A DNA stretch of 63,151 nt, counting the filler, from Octopus bimaculoides (taxonomy: Eukaryota), in assembly GCF_001194135.2 (NCBI RefSeq). It is 6 parts of 6 records of this genome, joined end to end, with 100 filler letters (N's around TTAATTAATTAA, not from the genome) between each part and the next. Parts side by side here need not be neighbours in the genome. Positions count along the whole stretch, not along the records: positions 1 to 13,318 come from NC_069005.1; 5 more parts are not named here. One strand, written 5' to 3'. Within the stretch, counting starts at the first letter, position 1. Every line of letters starts with the position of its first letter. The notes below the pieces were generated by a model. It saw nothing but the letters and a program-made list of their open reading frames with translations, was not told the DNA's origin and did no database searches. Made by a program: the position numbers and the translations under genes. This document shows, piece by piece, positions 1 through 13,029 of the stretch.

Positions 1-2014
1 TATATATATATATATATCTCGCTTAGGCATTGCAATATTAATAAGTGAATTTATTTATTCATATAATTTATTTTTATATATATACATATATATATACACT
101 CGACAGTAGTGAGTTGTTTGTGCGCCATGTGGCAGGGTATTGTTTCGAAACACTCAATAAACTGAAGGAAACATTTCGGCCGCCATTTATCTGATAAGGA
201 CGCTGTTAATGCTGCGGGTAATGCCGCTAATGGCGGCGGCGACGACGACGACGATGATGATGATGATGATTGTAATGATGAGAATAAGGATGAGGATTGT
301 AGTGATGATGATGATGGTGATGATGAAGATGACTGAGATGATAATGTTGCTGTTGTGGCTGTTGTTGTTACTGGTGGTGTTTGCGGTGAAAATAATGATT
401 ATATAAAAGTGTTGCCGGCGTCGACGACGACGACGACGACGGAGATTAAGATGCTTGACGGTGTACATCAAAGATTGGTTGCTTCCATACCTTTGAACGA
501 CCAGGCTTATGCCCACACTCATACACGTGCATGTAAATATATCCATGTATGTATGTATGTATATATATATCAATGTATGTATGTATGCATGCATGTATGC
601 ACGCGCACAGATTTACACATATCTAAAAAAAAATAGTCTGAGGGTGACGGATCGTTCAGTATATTTAAACAGAGAATCACATTTATTTTTGTCTTTACTA
701 GTGAAAAGTTGACAGTGACTTCGAAGTTCTGTCTGAATGGCATTCGGTTGTTAGACGAAAGCAGCAGAACCAATACTTTGAAATCGACTGTCAATATTTT
801 CTTTGAAAAAAGAAAAAAATAGAAAGAATGCAAACAAAACATAATATGCAAATACGCATGTATTATGTACACACACACATATACACACACATGTATATAC
901 ACATATATACACTCGTTGCTGCCGGTGGATCTGGAATATTGGCTGTACATACCAGCTTGTCGATAATCGTTTTCTTTGTCTAGTTCTTCCTGTTTTCTCT
1001 TAAGGCAGACTCTATTCACAGACAAACTGCAGACGCTTCTAGAAACCAACCAACAACAAATGGCCAAATACAAGGGAAAAAGAGTCTCCTTTTAACTTTT
1101 TTTTTTTGAAATATTTTGCTGTTTAGCCTTTTTTTTGCTTTCATCTTCTTTCATCTTCTTTGTTGTTATTGCTGTTGTTGTTGTTGCTGTTGTTGTTGTT
1201 GTTGTTGTTGTTCTTCTTCTTCTTCTTCTTCTTCTTCTTCTTCTTCTTCTTCTTCTTTTTCTNNNNNNNNNNNNNNNNNNNNNNNNNNNNNNNNNNNNNN
1301 NNNNNNNNNNNNNNNNNNNNNNNNNNNNNNNNNNNNNNNNNNNNNNNNNNNNNNNNNNNNNNNNNNNNNNNNNNNNNNNNNNNNNNNNNNNNNNNNNNNN
1401 NNNNNNNNNNNNNNNNNNNNNNNNNNNNNNNNNNNNNNNNNNNNNNNNNNNNNNNNNNNNNNNNNNNNNNNNNNNNNNNNNNNNNNNNNNNNNNNNNNNN
1501 NNNNNNNNNNNNNNNNNNNNNNNNNNNNNNNNNNNNNNNNNNNNNNNNNNNNNNNNNNNNNNNNNNNNNNNNNNNNNNNNNNNNNNNNNNNNNNNNNNNN
1601 NNNNNNNNNNNNNNNNNNNNNNNNNNNNNNNNNNNNNNNNNNNNNNNNNNNNNNNNNNNNNNNNNNNNNNNNNNNNNNNNNNNNNNNNNNNNNNNNNNNN
1701 NNNNNNNNNNNNNNNNNNNNNNNNNNNNNNNNNNNNNNNNNNNNNNNNNNNNNNNNNNNNNNNNNNNNNNNNNNNNNNNNNNNNNNNNNNNNNNNNNNNN
1801 NNNNNNNNNNNNNNNNNNNNNNNNNNNNNNTTACTGTAACCAGTCTCTCTCTGACAAAAAAAATAAAAACAAAAAACAAAAATAACAACAGCTGACACTC
1901 TAAAATGGCGCCATTCTCGAATAATCGCACGGTTTTCGGCATTTCAAAATTTGGTACCAATCAATCTCTCAGAATGTTTTAGATTAATATTCCTGTATTA
2001 TCAAGGCGGCAGAA

Positions 2015-2133
2015 AGGTGGTGAGCTGGCAGAGTGGTTAGCACGCCGGGCGAAATGCTTAGCGGTATTTCGTCTGCTTCTACGTTCTGAGTTCAAATTCC
2101 GCCGAGGTCGACTTTGCCTTTCATCCTTTCGGG
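2015..2133 (+). mobile_element. tRNA-derived SINE, family A (Meta-domain-like), 3'-truncated
   Basis: Head GAGCTGGCAGAGTGGTTAGCACGCCGGGCGAAATGCTTAGC...GAGTTCAAATTCC (A/B-box-like) followed by GGTCGACTTTGCCTTTCATCCTTTCGGG, shared with more than 10 other copies in the window. Confidence 0.85.
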
Positions 2134-2152
2134 TTTTAGTGTTTTAAGTGTT

Positions 2153-2368
2153 TTAGACTGATAATGAGCCGTTCCAGATATGTATTACGAATAGTAATGG
2201 TCTCAACACAGTTCCCTGAGATACTACGGTATGAACTATTGACCATTCAAAGAGGGCACTACTAAAAGCAAGAACTTGACCACTGTCTTTTAGGAAGTTA
2301 TTTAGCCACTCTTCAATGACAAGTTTGTATTTTGCATAAAGCCTTCGCAACGTCCAAGAATATCGCAT
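2153..2368 (-). mobile_element. Non-LTR retrotransposon RT fragment (CR1/L2-like), degenerate
   Basis: Translation EEWLNNFLKDSGQVL...WSIVHTVVSQGTVLRPLLFVIHI resembles the RT motif W..FL..R.Q.V...W..V.SGVPQGSVLGPLLF.IYI. Confidence 0.7.
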
Positions 2369-2403
2369 CTAACTTTGGTCAAGCAATGGTCTTAACATAG
2401 GGC

Positions 2404-2566
2404 AACGGTCTATGCATGCAGCAACGGCCTTAGCCTGCATAAGCTACCTTAGCATGCATACGCAATCTTAGCATGCACCAATGGCCTTAGCCTGCAGTAG
2501 CTGCTTTAGCATGCAACAGTTGCTTTAGCATTCAACGCAGACTTAGCATTCGACAACGGCTTCCTT
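2404..2566. repeat. Degenerate minisatellite with core CTTAGC(A/C)TGCA
   Basis: About 8 recurrences of TTAGCATGCA-like cores at roughly 18-25 bp spacing. Confidence 0.6.
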
Positions 2567-3250
2567 AGTGTGACGCGGCTGTGCAAGGCAGCATCCCCTT
2601 GTATGGAGACCATACAGCATATCACTTTACTACTTAACAAATGGTTTTCCTCTCCAGTAATATAAATAGTTTCTTTCTAATAATGAATCTCCTGACGTAA
2701 CTGATATACCTATNNNNNNNNNNNNNNNNNNNNNNNNNNNNNNNNNNNNNNNNNNNNNNNNNNNNNNNNNNNNNNNNNNNNNNNNNNNNNNNNNNNNNNN
2801 NNNNNNNNNNNNNNNNNNNNNNNNNNNNNNNNNNNNNNNNNNNNNNNNNNNNNNNNNNNNNNNNNNNNNNNNNNNNNNNNNNNNNNNNNNNNNNNNNNNN
2901 NNNNNNNNNNNNNNNNNNNNNNNNNNNNNNNNNNNNNNNNNNNNNNNNNNNNNNNNNNNNNNNNNNNNNNNNNNNNNNNNNNNNNNTTTTGTGTGTGTGT
3001 GTTTTAAAAGAATTGTTTCAGAAATATTCCAGAATCTTATTTCTCTTAAAATCTGACTTATTTCTCTCAAAATCTGTTATTACACGAGTTGTTTGAACGA
3101 CTCCACACCACGTTTCAGAAGAAAAGAATAATGGTTTCTTACTAACTTCAGATGCTTTACCTTCTTATTAACTCATTGATACTTTTCTGAAAACAAACGA
3201 GAGGCCAGAAATGTTGTTTATTAATTCAATTTTACTTACAAGATTCCAAT

Positions 3251-3510
3251 GTGGGGATATGAAAGGTTTAGTCCACTTTGAACTTTTAAACCCAAACCAA
3301 ACGATCACGAATGAGATCTACTGCGAGTAGCTTCAGTGATTGAAATCAGCGCTAGAAGATAAAACGACCATCTTTGGTTTCAAGACGAAAGGTGTTCTTT
3401 CTTCAGGATAACGCTCGGCCACATTCAGCGAGGATGATATACCAAGAGCTGGAGCAATTTGAATGGGAAACGCTGCCCAACTCATCATGTTCGCCGGACG
3501 TTGCCCCAAA
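3251..3510 (+). mobile_element. mariner transposase pseudogene fragment (catalytic domain)
   Basis: With frameshifts and stops reads DMKGLVHFELL..NQTITNEIYCE*LQ*LKSALE...RRKVFFLQDNARPHSA...QFEWETLPNSSCSPDVAP, matching mariner LHDNARPH / WEVLPHPPYSPDLAP. Confidence 0.85.
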
Positions 3511-3639
3511 AACGGCACGGCGCAGGCTCGTCCCCCACTCACGAAACTATATTCTAAAAGTTGCATATATATATATGCAACATACGTGTACACACACACA
3601 TAAATATATACACATTAATGTAAATACATGTTTGTGTAC

Positions 3640-3674
<35 letters not shown>

Positions 3675-5659
3675 TATATGTATCATTGGATTGTGTATAT
3701 AGGCATGTTTGTATGTATGTGTGTATATATGTATGTATGTATGTATTCACACATACACATTCGCACACATTCTGAACTATATAATCATATAATAGAACAG
3801 GAATTGTCTTTCCTGAATCGCAGTTGAAAGAGATCTAAAATGTTTGAAATACCGATTGTCTCCTTGGTAAGATGAAACCCTCATTATCTCAGCTGGAGTT
3901 TTATACCTACTTTACAGATGAAATACATACTTGCATATATATATATATGTAAACATACACATACTTACACCGACAAGCTTACACAGACACGTATACAAAT
4001 GCGATCCCAGGAATTCTCCTCCATGCACACATATTCCTTTGGTTGTCGTTACATGATACGAACAGTTATCTCTGAGTGAATATCTCTCCGTAATAGGATA
4101 GCTGCAGCTATCTTCATACTATACTCCTTCAATATAAAACGTATCGGATGCATGCCTGTATATGCATATATATATATATGTAAACATACACATACTTACA
4201 CCGACAAGCTTACACAGACACGTATACAAATGCGATCCCAGGAATTCTCCTCCATGCACACNNNNNNNNNNTATATATATATATATATATATATATGTAC
4301 ATATATATAAACACATGTATATATTCATATAATATATGTACATATATACAAACATACATATATATATATGAGTGTGTGTTTGTGTGTGTTTACGTGTGTG
4401 TGTATTATGAGATATGCTTTCAGTATATGATGAGGTGAGGTAAACGCATTTGCTAATAGCTTATTCCGTTAGCGGTTACGTTACCAGTATCTCATTCCTA
4501 AGACAGGTACTTGTACATGGCTGTATAGGTATGTGCGCGCGTGCGCGTGCGAGTGTGTATGTATACGTGTGTGAGTGTGTGTGTATGTGTATGTGTGAGT
4601 CGAGGGCGTATGGATTAATTTATATGCATGTGTGTGTGTGTGTGTGGAGAGTGGAGATGAAGGTGCAGCTGTTTACGCATGCGTGATTGGATGAGCAGGC
4701 GTGCATGTCTTTATGTGCATGTGTGCGTGCGTGTTTGTGTGCGTGCGTGCGTGTGTATGTGCTTGTGTGGGTGTTTGTGTGGTGTGTACGGATCTCTATG
4801 ATTATATTAAATGGGTGTACCTTAAACAACATAAAACATTTATACACACACACACACTCAACCAACCCTCTCAACCCCACACGCGCGCGCACACGCATAC
4901 ACACATGCACAAACATGTATGCATACACACACATGCACAAACATGTATGCATACACACACGAACGCTGACATACATATGAATATATATAAACACATGATT
5001 ATATGCATATAATGCACGGTGGTGCACCAGCATGACCGCAGCCACTTGGCTGAAACACATAAATAAAAAAAAAAAAAAAAAAAAAANNNNNNNNNNNNNN
5101 NNNNNNNNNNNNNNNNNNNNNNNNNNNNNNNNNNNNNNNNNNNNNNNNNNNNNNNNNNNNNNNNNNNNNNNNNNNNNNNNNNNNNNNNNNNNNNNNNNNN
5201 NNNNNNNNNNNNNNNNNNNNNNNNNNNNNNNNNNNNNNNNNNNNNNNNNNNNNNNNNNNNNNNNNNNNNNNNNNNNNNNNNNNNNNNNNNNNNNNNNNNN
5301 NNNNNNNNNNNNNNNNNNNNNNNNNNNNNNNNNNNNNNNNNNNNNNNNNNNNNNNNNNNNNNNNNNNNNNNNNNNNNNNNNNNNNNNNNNNNNNNNNNNN
5401 NNNNNNNNNNNNNNNNNNNNNNNNNNNNNNNNNNNNNNNNNNNNNNNNNNNNNNNNNNNNNNNNNNNNNNNNNNNNNNNNNNNNNNNNNNNNNNNNNNNN
5501 NNNNNNNNNNNNNNNNNNNNNNNNNNNNNNNNNNNNNNNNNNNNNNNNNNNNNNNNNNNNNNNNNNNNNNNNNNNNNNNNNNNNNNNNNNNNNNNNNNNN
5601 NNNNNNNNNNNNNNNNNNNNNNNNNNNNNNNNNNNNNNNNNNNNNNNNNNNNNNNNNNN

Positions 5660-5747
<88 letters not shown>

Positions 5748-6623
5748 AAGAAAGAGAAAGAGGGATAGAGAGAGGGAGGGGAAGGGGGGATGCAATTACC
5801 TGTGGGGAATAGAATCAAAGTACATGTGAAAATACATCTCACCTAAATGCATACACATTCATACCTCTGTATATATATATATGTATACATGCATAATGCA
5901 TACAAACACTTACACACTCACGCACACACATGCTTAGATATGCATAAATACATGCAAATGCACATCCCTATATGTATGCACATTGATATGAACGTACGTA
6001 TGCATATAACGAAGTTAGTCGTTTCCCCATCACAAAATTGAAGCCATTTTGTCTGCTCTCTTTTTCTGTCCAAATAATATTATATCACGTTGATACAAAT
6101 ATATTTTTTGAGGTTTTAACCATCAACTCTAGATTATGACTTCCTCTAACGAATAAACGGTATCAAACAAAATATTACCTCTAAGAATATAGACATTTTG
6201 CCAATAACAAACGAGTTTTATTTGTTTCTGTAGCATCGATTATATTCTAGAGTCAAAGAACCGAAGAATTTTGCCAAGGTGTTGTTTTGAGCTGTCACTT
6301 GGTTGTTGAAGATTTCTTTAAGTTTTTGAGATGGTTGAAGAAGTAGAATTATCCGAGGAGAGGTTTCGAGAACAAACTGGGAGGCGTTGAATTTTGTAAG
6401 CCTGAATTTTGTAAGCCTGTATTTCTGCTGAGTCATATCATCTGACGATGAAGACATCGTCAGACGAGAGAAAAATTGATAGATTTTGTTTGACAAATGC
6501 TGGATCGTAAAGTTAATAGTTCTTAGGACACTTTGTAGGTTTCCGGATCACATCATTCTGCTGGGAAAGTTTCACCATGATATTTTTAAAAAGCAGTGTT
6601 CTATTCCATCTGTCGACCAACAA

Positions 6624-6980
6624 GTAAGGCTGCATGATTAAGAAGCTAGTTTAGCAACTGAAGTCCCACTGTGCAGTACCTTAAAAGAAGTACCTTTACT
6701 ATAGCCCCAGGCTCACTAATCCCTAGTGAATGATTACGGTAGACGAAAACTGTGGAAGTCCGTTGTATATGTATGTGTGTCATTGTGTCTATATTTCTCC
6801 AAAACCACTTTCAACTGGTGTTGGTTTGTTCACGTCCTCGTAACTTAACGGTTCGGCGAAAGGAAATAAGTTCCATGCTTTAAAGATAATAGCTTAAGAT
6901 CGATCTGTTGGACTAAAAACACTTCAAAGTGGCGCTCCAGCATAGCTTCAGTACAATGACCAAAACAAGTAAAAGATAGA
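6624..6980 (+). mobile_element. Old, near full-length tRNA-derived SINE, family B (CORE-like)
   Basis: Degenerate head (AAGTCCCACTG), GGTAGACGAAAACTG, TTCACGTCCTCGTAACTTAACGGTTCGGC and CTCCAGCAT...AAACAAGTAAAAGATA tail, collinear with other family B copies. Confidence 0.7.
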
Positions 6981-7131
6981 AGTTCGCTTTAATAATGGCT
7001 CGCATTTGTCCGTAATCAATTCACAATCTTACTTATTCTCAAGGTTCTCGCTTCCATTGCAATATTTTTGGAACTAATGATGATTAATTTGTTCGCTGAC
7101 TGTCCCTTGGCTAAATTCTTAGATGATATTG

Positions 7132-7343
7132 ATTTCAAAGTTTGGTGTAAGGCCAGCAATTCTGGCAAGTGGATAAATCGATTACACCGACCTCAGTGCT
7201 CAACTGGTATTTATTTTATCGACTCCGAAAGGATGAAAGACGAAGTCGAACTCGCTGGAACTTGAATTCAGAGCGTAAAGACGGATGAAATACCGCTAAG
7301 CATTTTACCCAGCGTGCTACCGATTCTGCCAGCTCGCAACCCT
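7132..7343 (-). mobile_element. tRNA-derived SINE, family A, directly downstream of a 5S-like sequence
   Basis: Minus strand GCGAGCTGGCAGAATCGGTAGCACGCTGGGTAAAATGCTTAGCGGTATTTC...CTTTCATCCTTTCGGAGTCGATAAAATAAATACCAG. Confidence 0.85.
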
Positions 7344-7353
7344 AAAAGTGAGA

Positions 7354-7472
7354 TGTTTACACCACTCAGGTTTCCCAAGAGGTTACTCATCTAAGTACTA
7401 ACTAGGCTCGATATCGTTCAACTTCGGTGATCGGACAAGAACAGGTGCATTCAACGTCATATGGCCGTGAGC
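7354..7472 (-). pseudogene. 5S rRNA pseudogene (full length, about 119 nt)
   Basis: Minus strand GCTCACGGCCATATGACGTTGAATGCACCTGTTCTTGTCCGATCACCGAAGTTGAACGATATCGAGCCTAGTTAGTACTTAGATGAGTAACCTCTTGGGAAACCTGAGTGGTGTAAACA is collinear with metazoan 5S rRNA (roughly 80% by eye). Box A, box C and terminal helix I carry substitutions. A T4 tract follows. Confidence 0.85.
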
Positions 7473-7807
7473 GAAAGTCCTAGATAACATTGTAAACAGA
7501 TTTCCTTGGTTTTGTGTTCCATTTTAAATTCAAGTAATGTAATCGCTCGAATTTGTTTTCTTTTCCAAATTGAATTTGACTGCCGAAAAATAAACAAGAA
7601 TAAATTGAAAGCAAAACCATTCGCATAAATCAATAGATCGAAACGTGTCCTTTAAAACAATATTTTTAAATGAACTTAGTTAAATAAATGTTTATTCCAA
7701 AATAAACAACAGCCAACTCACAAATCTACTCCTCCGCGTTTCTTCCTTCTCATTTCCTCTCATTTTTCTCGTTGATTTCTTCAACTAAACCTGTGTAATT
7801 TCTTCAG

Positions 7808-8024
7808 CATAGAGCGTGATGGTGATTCAAACGAGCAGACGACCAACGCAGACGAACAGACACTGTCAAACAAACAGCGAAGCAACAAGGCAAAGAGACG
7901 TGCAGTGATGTCAAAGGCAAAGATAGCAGTATCGAAGGCGCCTATTGATCTATATTATGTTAGTTATTCAAATAAAATAGAGAATAATTATAGAGGAAGA
8001 CTGGCCAACATTAGAACAATGGAG
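7808..8024 (+). other. Candidate exon of an unidentified gene
   Basis: Upstream pyrimidine tract and TTCTTCAG acceptor, GAG|GTGAGT consensus donor, one frame open for 72 codons (IERDGDSNEQ...MSKAKIAVSKAPIDLYYVSYSNKIENNYRGRLANIRTME); no recognisable homology. Confidence 0.35.
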
Positions 8025-8127
8025 GTGAGTTTTCAACAGATAATTGTGAAGTGTGAGAATGTTAAATAAATAATGAAAAGAGATAAATAGTTAAATAGGT
8101 ATCATGAGACGCCATAACCTCGTAGCA

Positions 8128-8195
<68 letters not shown>

Positions 8196-8314
8196 GACAA
8201 TAAAATGGAAACGAATCAAATGTTGATCCATACCTATATACGTACGTATGTATGTATGTATGTATGTATGTATGTATGTATGTATGTATGTATGTATGTA
8301 TGTATGTATGTATG
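8128..8314. repeat. (AAT)n and (TATG)n microsatellites
   Basis: Perfect arrays at 8128-8195 and 8246-8314; representative of dozens of (AT), (AC), (AG), (AAT), (ATC), (TAG), (TATC) and (TATG) arrays in the window. Confidence 0.95.
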
Positions 8315-8350
8315 TGTATGTGAATTTATGTCTGTATATTCATGTGTGCA

Positions 8351-8386
<36 letters not shown>

Positions 8387-9724
8387 CGTGCGTGCGTGTG
8401 TGTATGTACATAATACCTATTAACGAACAGCAGCAAAAACGTGAAAAGCAATTACATAAAAAAACAATCAACTCCCACAATAATGTATAATTACATATGT
8501 AGCTATGTATGTGAGAGTATGTACACAGGTAAATGTCTGTATATATGTACGTATGTATATATATATATTATATATATATATATATATATGTAGATATATA
8601 TATATCCATATATNNNNNNNNNNNNNNNNNNNNNNNNNNNNNNNNNNNNNNNNNNNNNNNNNNNNNNNNNNNNNNNNNNNNNNNNNNNNNNNNNNNNNNN
8701 NNNNNNNNNNNNNNNNNNNNNNNNNNNNNNNNNNNNNNNNNNNNNNNNNNNNNNNNNNNNNNNNNNNNNNNNNNNNNNNNNNNNNNNNNNNNNNNNNNNN
8801 NNNNNNNNNNNNNNNNNNNNNNNNNNNNNNNNNNNNNNNNNNNNNNNNNNNNNNNNNNNNNNNNNNNNNNNNNNNNNNNNNNNNNNNNNNNNNNNNNNNN
8901 NNNNNNNNNNNNNNNNNNNNNNNNNNNNNNNNNNNNNNNNNNNNNNNNNNNNNNNNNNNNNNNNNNNNNNNNNNNNNNNNNNNNNNNNNNNNNNNNNNNN
9001 NNNNNNNNNNNNNNNNNNNNNNNNNNNNNNNNNNNNNNNNNNNNNNNNNNNNNNNNNNNNNNNNNNNNNNNNNNNNNNNNNNNNNNNNNNNNNNNNNNNN
9101 NNNNNNNNNNNNNNNNNNNNNNNNNNNNNNNNNNNNNNNNNNNNNNNNNNNNNNNNNNNNNNNNNNNNNNNNNNNNNNNATAAGTATATATGTACACACA
9201 CTCAAATACGTACATATATGTATATATGCCTTTATACATTTACGTACGTTTGTATGAATAACTGTATATATACATGTACGTATTTATATACTGTGGTGAG
9301 CGTGCGCGAACCCACACATTAACACGTGCACACACACGCACTTATACTCCTGCACACATACATATCCTACAGTTAAATAGGAATGCAATTGTTTCAGAAA
9401 AAAAAAACCGTAACTGACACTCGAAGACGGCAACCAAGGGAAGAGAGAGGGAGAGAGAAAGAGATAGTGAAGAGAGGTGAGAGAGAGGAAAGGAAAGAGG
9501 GAAGGAGAAGGAGGAGTGAGAGAAGAAACGAGAGAGGGAGAAGGAAAGGGAGAGGGAGTAGGGAGTTAGGAGGAGGAAAATGTTGGAGGAAAAAGTGAAG
9601 CTGGAAAAGGAAATGGATAAGAAAGAATAAAAGAAATTGTCGAAGGTTTTTGGTTCTGTCTCTACGTTTCCAATACACATACATATATGTATATATATAT
9701 ATGTGTGTGTGTGTATGTATATAC

Positions 9725-9773
<49 letters not shown>

Positions 9774-10492
9774 GTATTTTGAGACCGTATTGAGGATTTT
9801 TGTAAACTTTTTTATAGAATATGTTTCTATGTGTATATACATATGCGCCACACACACACAAACACACACACACACACACNNNNNNNNNNNNNNNNNNNNN
9901 NNNNNNNNNNNNNNNNNNNNNNNNNNNNNNNNNNNNNNNNNNNNNNNNNNNNNNNNNNNNNNNNNNNNNNNNNNNNNNNNNNNNNNNNNNNNNNNNNNNN
10001 NNNNNNNNNNNNNNNNNNNNNNNNNNNNNNNNNNNNNNNNNNNNNNNNNNNNNNNNNNNNNNNNNNNNNNNNNNNNNNNNNNNNNNNNNNNNNNNNNNNN
10101 NNNNNNNNNNNNNNNNNNNNNNNNNNNNNNNNNNNNNNNNNNNNNNNNNNNNNNNNNNNNNNNNNNNNNNNNNNNNNNNNNNNNNNNNNNNNNNNNNNNN
10201 NNNNNNNNNNNNNNNNNNNNNNNNNNNNNNNNNNNNNNNNNNNNNNNNNNNNNNNNNNNNNNNNNNNNNNNNNNNNNNNNNNNNNNNNNNNNNNNNNNNN
10301 NNNNNNNNNNNNNNNNNNNNNNNNNNNNNNNNNNNNNNNNNNNNNNNNNNNNNNNNNNNNNNNNNNNNNNNNNNNNNNNNNNNNNNNNNNNNNNNNNNNN
10401 NNNNNNNNNNNNNNNNNNNNNNNNNNNNNNNNNNNNNNNNNNNNNNNNNNNNNNNNNNNNNNNNNNNNNNNNNNNNNNNNNNNNNNNNNNNN

Positions 10493-10536
<44 letters not shown>

Positions 10537-11173
10537 TACACACACACACACACATATATATGTATATATATATATATTTTTTATTAATTCATAATAGAAT
10601 ATAAGGATAAAAATTACGTTAATGATTTTTATCAGGTAATCAGCCTACTAGAAAAATTCATACACACATACACAAACACAAGGAGGTCAACACACACTCA
10701 CACTCACACTCACACTCACACACATACATATACGTACAAATACATGCAGACACTCACAGAAACATTCAGACACTTTTTGACAGATTCAAGTGAAAACAAT
10801 ATGGCTGACTGAGCATTGGAGAAAAGCCAACCACGTGACCTATAGTTTAGTTTTTTTTTTCACACAATTGTAGTTTTATTTCTTATCGAACCCACATTTC
10901 ATTGTTGAAGTGATGAAACATACATTTAATTAAATGTCTCGTTGTTGCTGTTGTTATTACTGATGCCGCCTCTGGTGGGGGTTGTTGTTATCTGTATTTG
11001 TTGACGGTGGTGTTGCAGTCGCTGTAATAGTAGTTGATGTTTTTTGTTGTTGTTGCTATTGTTGATTCTGCTTTTCTTTAGTTTTTTCCTGTTGGTGTTG
11101 CTGTTGCTGACTACAAGTAATTCTTTTTGTGGTTGTTACTGCTGTTGTTGTTACTGCTGCTGCTGCTGCTGCA

Positions 11174-11228
<55 letters not shown>

Positions 11229-11347
11229 TCATTATTATTATTGTTGTGGTTGTTGTTTGATCTTGGCTTCTCTTATATTTTTTGTTGTTGTTGCCGTTGT
11301 TGCTATAAGCAGTTCCTTTGTTGCTGCTTCTGCTGTTGTTGTTGTTA

Positions 11348-11402
<55 letters not shown>

Positions 11403-13029
11403 TAATATTATCATTGTTTTTGTTGTTGTTGCTGTTATAAGCGCTGTTTACTCTTCCTTGTGATGTTATTGTTGTTGCTACCGCTATCATTATTATTATT
11501 ATCCTTATCATTATTATTNNNNNNNNNNNNNNNNNNNNNNNNNNNNNNNNNNNNNNNNNNNNNNNNNNNNNNNNNNNNNNNNNNNNNNNNNNNNNNNNNN
11601 NNNNNNNNNNNNNNNNNNNNNNNNNNNNNNNNNNNNNNNNNNNNNNNNNNNNNNNNNNNNNNNNNNNNNNNNNNNNNNNNNNNNNNNNNNNNNNNNNNNN
11701 NNNNNNNNNNNNNNNNNNNNNNNNNNNNNNNNNNNNNNNNNNNNNNNNNNNNNNNNNNNNNNNNNNNNNNNNNNNNNNNNNNNNNNNNNNNNNNNNNNNN
11801 NNNNNNNNNNNNNNNNNNNNNNNNNNNNNNNNNNNNNNNNNNNNNNNNNNNNNNNNNNNNNNNNNNNNNNNNNNNNNNNNNNNNNNNNNNNNNNNNNNNN
11901 NNNNNNNNNNNNNNNNNNNNNNNNNNNNNNNNNNNNNNNNNNNNNNNNNNNNNNNNNNNNNNNNNNNNNNNNNNNNNNNNNNNNNNNNNNNNNNNNNNNN
12001 NNNNNNNNNNNNNNNNNNNNNNNNNNNNNNNNNNNNNNNNNNNNNNNNNNNNNNNNNNNNNNNNNNNNNNNNNCACCACCACCACCATTATCATCATTAT
12101 TCACATCATCATCATTATCGATTTGTTGTCGTCCTTGCTGGTGCTGTTGTTGATGCAGCTGTTGTTCTTTATTTTCCTATTCCTCCTCCTCCTCTTCTTT
12201 TCTTCTTCTCCTTCCTTTTCGTCCTCCTCCTCCTCCTCCTCCTCCTCCTCTTCTTCTTCTTCTTACCTCGCTCTCCGCCTCTTCCTACCTTTCTATTTCC
12301 CTTCCTCTTCCACCCCTTCTCCTCCCCTCCTCTTCGTCACAATCATCGTCCTAATCATCCTCCCTCACATTCCCCACCCCACTCCCCCACATCATCTCCT
12401 CCACCGTTCCCTCCTACACTTTTCTCTCCCACCTTCCACCTCCCACACCTAATTCTCCTAATCTCTCACGATTTCCACCTTGAGAATTTCCTATCTCAAA
12501 CCTTCCTCACATTCCTTCCTTTTATTTATATATTTTTCTTTTGATTTGTTGTTCGGACGCCATATTTGTTGTGCAGTTTTAATTGTCTCTCTATTTTGTC
12601 ACTTACTTTATTCATGCTGCACGTGTTAAATCCATTGTCGTGATTTAGATTCTGAACATTTTAAATTTTAGTTTTTCATTGTTGTTATTCTTGTTATTGT
12701 TGTTGTTTGTTTTCTGTTCGTTATTTCTGTTTTCCAAATGTATTCTTTCGTTTAAATATTCTATTTCAATTTCTGAGATATTTTATTCCATTTTGTTTTT
12801 ATTTTAGTCTTACAGAATGTGTCATCTTAAATTAGATACTCCGCTGGGATTTCAACGTAATGTTTAGATCCTGGTTATTTTCCTTCCATTCGTCGAATAT
12901 TTCGTTGTAGCCCCCTGTATGCTTTTACAGTTGTAAAATATAGTTGCAGAACAGAAGCGTCTTCCTCTTGTGTCCAATTATACCCATTCCATATAAGTTG
13001 CGAGATTGTGTTGCTTTATTTAAATTATC

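Noticed and set aside
3933-4261. About 98-bp direct repeat (3933-4030 and 4163-4261)
   Set aside because: It ends at a 10-N gap and is microsatellite-anchored; probably a collapsed tandem repeat or assembly artefact, with no functional signal
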